Below are positions 24,530-31,757 of a stretch of 31,757 nucleotides of DNA, piece after piece; within the stretch, counting starts at the first letter, position 1; each line of letters starts with the position of its first letter. The notes below the pieces were generated by a model. The model was not told where the DNA came from and ran no database searches. It worked only from the letters and a program-made list of their open reading frames with translations. This DNA comes from Armatimonadota bacterium (lineage in GTDB: Bacteria; Armatimonadota; Fimbriimonadia; Fimbriimonadales; Fimbriimonadaceae), in contig JANNJE010000474.1 in NCBI GenBank assembly GCA_031405735.1, positions 1-31,757 on the forward strand, read 5' to 3'. Made by a program: the position numbers and the translations under genes.

Positions 24530-25026
24530 TCGGTATCCTCACTTCGCTTAACGCCAACTGCCCACAATTCTCCACCTCGATCTTCGATCAGAATTTGAGG
24601 CAAAGGATGCGGAGGTGGTCCCTGCAAAACTTTGCCATCTTTAACGGAAAATGCCCCGTTGTGGCAAGGGCAGTACAATCTGTCCTTTTCAGGCTGGTAG
24701 TCAACTGGACAGGAGAGATGCGTGCACCTGCGGGAGAAAGCCGACACCGTACCATCCGACTGGCGCACCAGAATACATAGGTCGCTCTTTCTGGGATATG
24801 TAAAAGCAAGTGAAGTGCCAGGACTAATATCCTCTAGCCTCGCAATATGCATCGGCTCGAAGTGTCGCTCGTCACGACTCATTTGCGACCATGCAACAAG
24901 GCCAAGTGACCCGGCCGTGAGCCCTCCGCTTGCCAAGGTCATGAACTTGAAAAACTCTCTGCGGGAAACAAAACTATCCTCCTCCCAATCTATTGGAAAG
25001 TCATCGAGTAACTTCTCGTCCATCAT
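24526..25026 (-). CDS. Rieske 2Fe-2S protein with a Tat-type anchor
   Basis: SRREFFK twin-arginine motif followed by a hydrophobic helix; CTHLSC and CPCHNG Rieske boxes. Confidence 0.95.
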   Translation of the reverse strand: MMDEKLLDDFPIDWEEDSFVSRREFFKFMTLASGGLTAGSLGLVAWSQMSRDERHFEPMHIARLEDISPGTSLAFTYPRKSDLCILVRQSDGTVSAFSRRCTHLSCPVDYQPEKDRLYCPCHNGAFSVKDGKVLQGPPPHPLPQILIEDRGGELWAVGVKRSEDTE

Positions 25027-25622
25027 GACAACCTCGAAACTTGCAAAAGGTCGCTTTTTCGGATCAATGCATCCTGTCTTACGTCCAATTTCGTAGTTCC
25101 CGCTGGCATCATAAGGTTCACCTTAGTCTTGATCGTCCGACCGCTAAAAACGAATTCATTGATCGGCGTTCCACTGCGTTGAGCCGCCATCTCTTCAGGT
25201 GTGCAATACATGAGTGCTTGCGAGGGGCAAACGGTAGCGCACATCGGCTTTTTACCCACAGACGTGCGGTCGTAACACATATCGCATTTCATCATCTGGT
25301 CAATCTCAACGTCGTACTTTGGTACTCCGAACGGGCAAGCGTAAACGCAGTTTGTGCATCCGATGCAACGAGGCTTCAGCGACGTCTGGACGACACCGTC
25401 GGGCGTACGCTTTATTGCGTCGGCTGGGCAGACCATCGCGCATGCAGGTTCTTCACAATGCATGCAGATTACCGGCGTGGTTTGAACGCTTTCACCCCGC
25501 TGGATGGTCTCGAGATGAATCATCGAGACTCCGGCATGAGTGTCGCATTCTGCACAGGCGGCCACACAGGCGTTGCAACCAATACACCTGCTCGGGTCAA
25601 TGTAAAACTGCCTCTCGCTCAA
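25023..25622 (-). CDS. Four-cluster 4Fe-4S electron-transfer subunit (DmsB/NrfC type)
   Basis: [37 protein letters not shown] and CDMC...CATVCP. Confidence 0.95.
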   Translation of the reverse strand: MSERQFYIDPSRCIGCNACVAACAECDTHAGVSMIHLETIQRGESVQTTPVICMHCEEPACAMVCPADAIKRTPDGVVQTSLKPRCIGCTNCVYACPFGVPKYDVEIDQMMKCDMCYDRTSVGKKPMCATVCPSQALMYCTPEEMAAQRSGTPINEFVFSGRTIKTKVNLMMPAGTTKLDVRQDALIRKSDLLQVSRLS

Positions 25623-25969
25623 GCGCTTGTACCTCCAACAGGTGGGCGTACCATGTTTGGCATCAACCCCCTTCGACGCTTATGGATGTTAACATAAGTT
25701 AACTCTCCCTGCGATGCATGAATGCTGCGATGGCAGCCCTTTGGAAGCACGACTATTGACCCAACACAAAGGGTAGTTGACTGGCCGTCAACTGTGATTT
25801 CGCCCTCTCCGCCAATAACAACCATGATGACGTCCACTTCATCGTTCTGATGAGTTCCGACACCCGAACCATCGGTCCATCGCACCAATGTGGCATTCAA
25901 GTCTTCCGTTTCGGTACCCCAAAGAGCACCGTCTGCGCCATCCATGCTTAACGCTTCAACTGCGATCAT
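25619..25969 (-). CDS. Cupin domain protein
   Basis: [21 protein letters not shown]...L.VG..VVLPKG..RSI pattern; ATGA overlaps at both ends. Confidence 0.8.
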   Translation of the reverse strand: MIAVEALSMDGADGALWGTETEDLNATLVRWTDGSGVGTHQNDEVDVIMVVIGGEGEITVDGQSTTLCVGSIVVLPKGCHRSIHASQGELTYVNIHKRRRGLMPNMVRPPVGGTSA

Positions 25970-27762
25970 GCAATGGCCCCCTGATCAGCAGATGAACTGA
26001 TTCGGACAACCGACTTTTTGTATTCAGGAATCTTGCTCAGCGGGTCAAGGGCGCGGTTCGTGAGGTTGTTCGCAGACCGTTTGCCGGGCCAATGGTAAGG
26101 GATGAAGATGGTGTCGGGGCGTATCGTAGAAACCACTTTTGCGCGAAGTACAACCTCGCCGCGGCGACTTTCAACCTTCATCCAACTGCCGTCTTCAATA
26201 CCGTAATTGGCCGCAAGCGTCGGATGAATTTCAACATACGGCTCAGGGCACATGTCAACCAAGCCGCCGATACGACGTGTTTGTGTACCGCTAAGATACT
26301 GCGAAACGACGCGGCCAGTTGTGAGAATTATAGGATATTCTTCGTCTGGCTCTTCTGCGCTGAGGCGATAAGCCGTGGGGTGAAAGTGCGCTTTGCCGTC
26401 CGGGGTATGAAACTTCATTGTCTCGAACAGTCGCGGAGTGCCTGGGTGGCCGATCTCGGGGCAGGGCCAAAATACGCCCATCTCGTCCTCGATCCTTTGA
26501 TAGGTAATCCCGAAATAGTCTGCAGTTCCGCCCTTGCTCGCAATTCGCAACTCGTTGAAAATGTCCTCGCTGGTCTTAAAGTGGTCGAAATACTTGCCCC
26601 TGCCAAGCCGCCGGGCGAGTTCGAGAATGATCTCTGTGTCGGCTTTTGCTTCTCCTGGTGGATCAACTGCCTTTCGAATCCGAATCACACGGCCTTCTGC
26701 ACTTGTGCTTGTGCCTTCTTCTTCTTCATGCAATGAGCCCGCGAGGACGATATCGGCGTGGTGGGCGGTCTCATTTAGAAAGAAGTCTATTGCAGTATAG
26801 TGCTCGAGTTTGCCTAGTGCGTCCCTCGTGAAGTTTGAATCCGGCAACGAAACAAGTGGATTGAAGCAAATCGAGATGAGCGCTTTGATCGTGCCTTCGT
26901 GGATCATGTTCATGATCTCTTGAGCCGTGTGTCCTTTGCCAGGCATCTCGCTCTCTTCAATGCCCCAAACGGAGGCTATGTACGCACGATGCTCCGGATT
27001 CTCGATGTCGCGGTTGCCAGGAAGCTGGTCGCATTTGTGACCGTGCTCACGGCCGCCTTGGCCATTCCCTTGGCCCGTGATTGTGCCGTATCCGCAACCC
27101 GGCTTTCCGAGCCTTCCTGTTGCGAGTACAAGATTGATGCAGCCAAGCACATTGTCAACACCTTTGGTATGGTGCTCGATCCCTCTCGCATGAAGCAGAA
27201 AGCTCGTTTTTGCTTCGCCCCACATTCGGCCCGCCTTCTGGATGTCCTCGACTCTGACGCCGCTAATCCTGGATGCTTCCTCCAATGATTGAGTAAGAGC
27301 ACTGGCCTTCGTCTCTTCCCACCCGCTTGTGTGCTGTTGGATGAATTCCTCATTCACAAACCCTTCTTCGATCAGCACTCGCAAAATCCCCGTGAAAAGG
27401 GCACTGTCTGTCCCCGGCCTCACCGGCAAATGCAGGTCGCAGGTTCGCGCTAGGGGTGTCACGCGAGGATCAATCATGATCAGCTTTGCACCCCGATCCC
27501 TTGCACGCCAGATGTAGTCAGTCGTGATCGGAGAGCACTCTGCTACGTTTGTTCCGGCGCAAAGAATTACATCCGCAAGGACAATGTCATCCCAAGAATT
27601 CGCAGCTCTATCAATGCCAAACGCTTTCTTGTTGCCTGTTCCTGCGCTCACCATACAGAGTCGGCCATTGTAATCCAATTCTTGTGTTTGCAGAGCGACG
27701 CGGGCGAACTTGCCCATCAGGTAGCTCTTCTCGTTTGTTAATGAAACGCCGGAAAGCACGGC
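25966..27762 (-). CDS. Molybdopterin oxidoreductase catalytic subunit (Nas/Nap-type nitrate-reductase-like), 5'-truncated at the junction
   Basis: NGRLCMVSA (Cys-Met Mo-ligand context as in Nap/Nas), [26 protein letters not shown] and KIPEYK. The N-terminal 4Fe-4S domain is absent. Confidence 0.88.
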   Translation of the reverse strand, partial: AVLSGVSLTNEKSYLMGKFARVALQTQELDYNGRLCMVSAGTGNKKAFGIDRAANSWDDIVLADVILCAGTNVAECSPITTDYIWRARDRGAKLIMIDPRVTPLARTCDLHLPVRPGTDSALFTGILRVLIEEGFVNEEFIQQHTSGWEETKASALTQSLEEASRISGVRVEDIQKAGRMWGEAKTSFLLHARGIEHHTKGVDNVLGCINLVLATGRLGKPGCGYGTITGQGNGQGGREHGHKCDQLPGNRDIENPEHRAYIASVWGIEESEMPGKGHTAQEIMNMIHEGTIKALISICFNPLVSLPDSNFTRDALGKLEHYTAIDFFLNETAHHADIVLAGSLHEEEEGTSTSAEGRVIRIRKAVDPPGEAKADTEIILELARRLGRGKYFDHFKTSEDIFNELRIASKGGTADYFGITYQRIEDEMGVFWPCPEIGHPGTPRLFETMKFHTPDGKAHFHPTAYRLSAEEPDEEYPIILTTGRVVSQYLSGTQTRRIGGLVDMCPEPYVEIHPTLAANYGIEDGSWMKVESRRGEVVLRAKVVSTIRPDTIFIPYHWPGKRSANNLTNRALDPLSKIPEYKKSVVRISSSADQGAIA

Positions 27763-27770
27763 GCGCGGAC
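27755..27770. other. Chimeric junction between two genomes or contigs
   Basis: Two opposite-strand genes are both truncated at this point, with an abrupt change to GC-rich codon usage. Confidence 0.88.
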
Positions 27771-29060
27771 GTGAAGCTCAGGCTTTGGAGCGTTCTGAAG
27801 GCGCAGCTGGCGGCCGACCGTCTCACCTCGGTCTACGAGACGTTAGAGCGGCCGCTCGTTTCCGTGCTGACCGACATGGAAGAGGCTGGGATTCTCGTCG
27901 ACCGCAACGTGCTGACGCGGTTGTCGCAACGCTTCGCGCAGAAGATGGCGCAGCTTGAAGAGAGCATCTACAAGCTCGCCGGCGAGAAATTCAATTTGGG
28001 TTCGCCGAAACAGCTCGGCGAAATCCTGTTCGAGAAGATGAGTCTGTCGGGCGGACGCAAGACGAAGACCGGCGCTTGGTCGACGGATGCCGACGTGCTG
28101 GAAGAGTTGGCCGCGCAAGGACACGATCTGCCGAAAGAAATTCTCGACTGGCGGCAATTGTCGAAGCTCAAAAGCACATACACCGACGCGCTGCCGAACT
28201 TCGTCAATTCGCACACGGGGCGGATTCACACGTCCTACGCGCTGGCGTCGACGACGACGGGGCGGTTGTCGTCGAACGACCCCAACTTGCAGAATATTCC
28301 GATCCGCACCCAGGAAGGCCGCGAGATCCGAACCGCGTTTGTCGCGGCGAAGGGCATGAAGCTGATTAGCGCAGACTACAGCCAGATCGAGCTTCGCTTG
28401 CTGGCGCATATCGCCGACATTCCGGCGCTCAAGAAGGCGTTCGCCGAAGGGCTCGATATTCACGCGATGACGGCGTCCGAGATGTTCGGCGTTCCGATCA
28501 AGGGTATGCCGGCCGATGTGCGGCGGCGGGCGAAGGCGATCAACTTCGGCATCATCTACGGCATTTCGGCGTTCGGACTTGCGAACCAATTGTCGATCCC
28601 GCGCGACGAGGCGAACACCTACATCAAAACCTATTTCGAACGCTTCCCAGGAATTCGCGCCTACATGGATCGCACAAAGGCCGAGGCGCACAAGAACAAG
28701 TTTGTGACCACGATCTTCGGACGCAAGGTGAACCTACCCGATATCAACGCGTCGAACCCATCGCTACGGTCGTTCTTGGAGCGCGCCGCGATCAACGCGC
28801 CGATCCAGGGTTCAGCCGCCGACGTCATTCGCCGCGTCATGGTGCGGATCCCCGATGCGCTGGCCGCAAGCAAGCTCTCGGCCCGGATGCTGTTGCAGGT
28901 GCACGACGAATTGGTGTTCGAGGCGCCGGACGACGAGGCGGCGGAAACCTGCGCGGTCGTTCAAAGGGTGATGGAGGGCGCGGCACACCCAGCCATCGAC
29001 CTCCACGTGCCGCACGTCGTCGAAGCGAAGGCGGGGAAGAATTGGGACGAGGCGCACTGA
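27763..29060 (+). CDS. polA: DNA polymerase I, C-terminal part (5'-truncated)
   Basis: [49 protein letters not shown] and [11 protein letters not shown]. The NWDEAH ending is typical of Alphaproteobacteria. Confidence 0.97.
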
Positions 29061-29079
29061 CCGCTCGTCCTAAACGTTG

Positions 29080-30684
29080 CTACTCCGCCGCTACGGCGAG
29101 CCTTGGGGCGGCGTCTTTGACCTCGGCGCCGACATGGGCCTCGAACTTCGTGAAGTTCTCGCGGAACATTTGGACGAGTTTTGCCGCTTGGCGGTCGTAG
29201 GCTGCTTTGTCGGCCCAGGTTTCGCGCGGGTCTAAGATCTTTGCGTCGACGCCGGGGACGGCGACCGGAACTTCGAAGCCGAAATGCGGGTCGATGCGCA
29301 TCTTCGCCGTCTTCAGCGTGCCTTCGAGCGCGGAGGTGAGAAGTGCGCGCGTCGCCTTGATCGGCATGCGTTGGCCGGTGCCGTAGGCGCCGCCGGTCCA
29401 GCCGGTGTTGACGAGCCAGCAGTCGACCTTGTGCTTGGCGATGAGCGCCTTCAGCAGGTTGCCGTACTCGGTCGGGTGGCGCGGCATGAACGGCGCGCCG
29501 AAGCAGGTCGAGAACGTCGGCTGCGGTTCTTTGCCGAGGCCTTTTTCGGTGCCGGCCACCTTCGCGGTGAAGCCCGAGAGGAAGTGGTACATCGCTTGGT
29601 TCGGCGTCAGCTTCGCGATCGGCGGCAGCACGCCGAACGCGTCGGCGGTCAGCATCACGATGTTTGACGGTTGGCCGGCAAGGCCCGTAGTGCTTGCGTT
29701 CGGGATGTAAGAGATCGGATAGGCGCCGCGCGAGTTTTCGGCGAGCGTCGCGTCGTTCAGATCGAGTTCGCGGGTCGCTTCGTCGATGACGACGTTTTCG
29801 AGCACGGTGCCGAAGCGTTTTGTCGTCGCGAAAATTTCAGGTTCCGCTTCTGGCGAAAGACGGATCATCTTCGCGTAACAGCCGCCTTCGAAGTTGAACA
29901 CGTTCGTGTCGGCCCAACCGTGCTCGTCGTCGCCGATCAGCGTGCGGTTCGGGTCTGCCGAAAGCGTCGTCTTGCCGGTGCCGGAGAGGCCGAAGAAGAT
30001 CGCGCTTTCCTTTGCTTTGCCGACGTTGACCGAACAGTGCATCGGCATGACGCCCTTCGGCGGCAGCAGATAGTTCAGGATCGTGAAGACCGACTTCTTC
30101 ATTTCGCCGGCATAGGACGTGCCGCCGATCAGCACCAATTTCTTCTCGAACGACACGGCGATGACGGTGCCCGAGGCGGTGCCGTGCAATGCGGGTTCGG
30201 CTTGGAAGCCCGGGAAGTCGATGATCGTGAAGTCGGGATTGAACGACGCGCGCTCACCAGCCTTCGGTTCGATCAACAGATGCTGGATGAACAGCGAGTG
30301 CCAAGCGAGTTCGGTGACGACGCGCACGGGCAAACGGTGCGTCTGGTCGGCGCCGCCGAACAGGTCTTGCACGAAGAGCTCGCGGCCTTGCGCGTAGGCG
30401 CGGAACGAATTCAGCAGCGCGTCGAATTGTGCGGGTGTGATCGAGTTGTTGTTGTCCCACCAAATGTGCTTTTCGACGGAGGGTTCGCGTACGACGAACT
30501 TGTCGCCGGCGGAGCGGCCGGTGTGAATTCCGGTCCTGACGACGAGCGGGCCATCTTTAGCGAGGATACCCTCGTTACGCTGGACGGCCTCTTCGACGAG
30601 GCTTGCCATCGGCAGGTTCCAATGGACATGGCGCGTATTTTTCAGGCCCACGTGGTCGAGGCTCTGCCCGGCGGTCGTCTTCAT
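29080..30684 (-). CDS. pckA: Phosphoenolpyruvate carboxykinase (ATP)
   Basis: [40 protein letters not shown] and FEGGCYAK motifs; GGAG Shine-Dalgarno. Confidence 0.98.
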   Translation of the reverse strand: MKTTAGQSLDHVGLKNTRHVHWNLPMASLVEEAVQRNEGILAKDGPLVVRTGIHTGRSAGDKFVVREPSVEKHIWWDNNNSITPAQFDALLNSFRAYAQGRELFVQDLFGGADQTHRLPVRVVTELAWHSLFIQHLLIEPKAGERASFNPDFTIIDFPGFQAEPALHGTASGTVIAVSFEKKLVLIGGTSYAGEMKKSVFTILNYLLPPKGVMPMHCSVNVGKAKESAIFFGLSGTGKTTLSADPNRTLIGDDEHGWADTNVFNFEGGCYAKMIRLSPEAEPEIFATTKRFGTVLENVVIDEATRELDLNDATLAENSRGAYPISYIPNASTTGLAGQPSNIVMLTADAFGVLPPIAKLTPNQAMYHFLSGFTAKVAGTEKGLGKEPQPTFSTCFGAPFMPRHPTEYGNLLKALIAKHKVDCWLVNTGWTGGAYGTGQRMPIKATRALLTSALEGTLKTAKMRIDPHFGFEVPVAVPGVDAKILDPRETWADKAAYDRQAAKLVQMFRENFTKFEAHVGAEVKDAAPRLAVAAE

Positions 30685-30863
30685 TCGTCAAGCTCTCCGG
30701 TGCGCGGTTCTCCTAGCGGAACCGCAGCATTTTCAAGGTAGATGGCAAGAGCGGCAACATACGGGCACCCGCCGCGCTGAGGCAACAAGACTCTGGCCGC
30801 CGGAGCGTTGCGGTGCCAGGAATACCGTCAACACCTTAACCAGCGTCCGGCTCCGTTTCGCAC

Positions 30864-31757
30864 ATGCAGCAGCCAGAGGCCGCCACGTCGAGCGGGACCA
30901 TCCAACACGTCTTGCGCCTGTGGCGCGATGACGGCTGGCCGACGCTACGTCTGGCGGCGCCGGTGATGGTGGCGCGTGCCGGCGTCGTGTTTCTGTTCTT
31001 TGTGGACTCGCTCATGACCGGGCGGAGCGGCGCGCACGAGTTGGCGTTCTTGGGGCAGGGGCTCGCCGCGCAGTCGGTGATGATGCTGATCTCGATCGGG
31101 CTGTTGCAGGGCTCGATGGTGTTGATCGCGCAGGCCTATGGCGCTGGTGAAAAGAGGCAGTGCGGCGTCGCATGGAAGGGTGCGTTGGTCGTCGCGAGCG
31201 TGCTCGGCGCTTTGTTCGCCGCGATGTGTTTTTTGGTGGAGCCGGGCTTGCGGGCGACCGGCCTTGATGCGGCGATCGCCGAAGGGTCGGGGCGCGTGTC
31301 GCTGCAGGTGGCGTGGGGGATGCCGCCGATGCTGCTCTACATTGCGAGCAGTTACTTTCTTGAGAGCATCAAGCGGCCGATGGTCGGCATGACGATCATG
31401 CTGGTCGCGAACGCCGTCAACATCGTTGCCGACGGTGTCGTCGTGCTCGGCTGGTTCGGCTGGGTCGAACCGTCGGGCGCGGTTGGTGCGATGATGACGA
31501 CATCGGCGATACGCTGGCTTTGCCTCTTCGCCGCGCTCAGCTACATCGTCACGATGGACGATGCGACGGCTTATGGCGTGTTTGCGCCGCTTGCGGAAGC
31601 ACGAACAAAGGTGTGGCGCATCCTCTCGTTGGGCGCGCCGATCTCGGCGGCGCTGGGGCTCGAGACGGCGGCGATCAGTTCGCTGGCTTTCATGTCGGGA
31701 CACTTGGGCGCGTCGGCCGCGGCCGCGCATCAGCTGACGTTCAACTTCAACGGGCTC
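30864..31757 (+). CDS. MATE family efflux transporter, running off the window end
   Basis: My translation, open from ATG 30864 to the end of the window: LRLAAPVMVARAG...FVDSLMTGR.GAHELA, AQAYGAG, LESIKRP and LSLGAPI...GLETAA. It is absent from the ORF track because there is no stop codon. Confidence 0.9.
   Translation, partial: MQQPEAATSSGTIQHVLRLWRDDGWPTLRLAAPVMVARAGVVFLFFVDSLMTGRSGAHELAFLGQGLAAQSVMMLISIGLLQGSMVLIAQAYGAGEKRQCGVAWKGALVVASVLGALFAAMCFLVEPGLRATGLDAAIAEGSGRVSLQVAWGMPPMLLYIASSYFLESIKRPMVGMTIMLVANAVNIVADGVVVLGWFGWVEPSGAVGAMMTTSAIRWLCLFAALSYIVTMDDATAYGVFAPLAEARTKVWRILSLGAPISAALGLETAAISSLAFMSGHLGASAAAAHQLTFNFNGL

Noticed and set aside
27549-27762. N-terminal 70 aa of the 503-aa ORF-track polA
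   Set aside because: It is the antisense of the Mo enzyme gene read through the chimeric junction.
25966-27762. Calling the Mo enzyme a formate dehydrogenase
   Set aside because: The ligand context is Cys-Met, not Cys/Sec-His, and it has [10 protein letters not shown] rather than RGQNNVQG.
27843-31730. Long opposite-strand ORFs 27843-28691, 29671-30741 and 30945-31730
   Set aside because: Expected stop-poor antisense frames of high-GC polA, pckA and MATE genes.

Overview
The window looks like three unrelated pieces joined end to end. (1) Bases 1-67 are an AT-rich fragment that cuts off a sugar-binding protein gene. (2) About 68-27762 is a mid-GC segment whose gene style suggests Armatimonadota/Fimbriimonadaceae (inference). 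It holds a rhamnosidase plus sugar ABC operon with a fused ATPase-permease; waaF; a secreted protein with a divergent lysyl-oxidase-like motif set, downstream of a NapH/CcoG-type Fe-S membrane-TPR gene; hicAB; a secreted repeat protein; DUF1800; glpX; a frameshifted secreted protein; tRNA-Asn; and a nitrate-related locus (porin, D-2-hydroxyacid dehydrogenase, NarK, NarI-like protein, and a convergent Mo-enzyme/cupin/4Fe-4S/Rieske/small membrane protein operon cut at its 5' end). (3) About 27763-31757 is a high-GC, alphaproteobacterial-looking segment with partial polA, pckA and a partial MATE gene. Best leads: the LOX-like protein with its Fe-S/TPR neighbour; a C-terminal domain shared by two unrelated secreted proteins; the Rieske-containing nitrate-reductase-like complex with two identically spaced Crp/Fnr-like promoters; and 11-bp-period inverted repeat arrays in three consecutive intergenic regions. 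All family assignments come from motif recognition by eye; no database searches were run.
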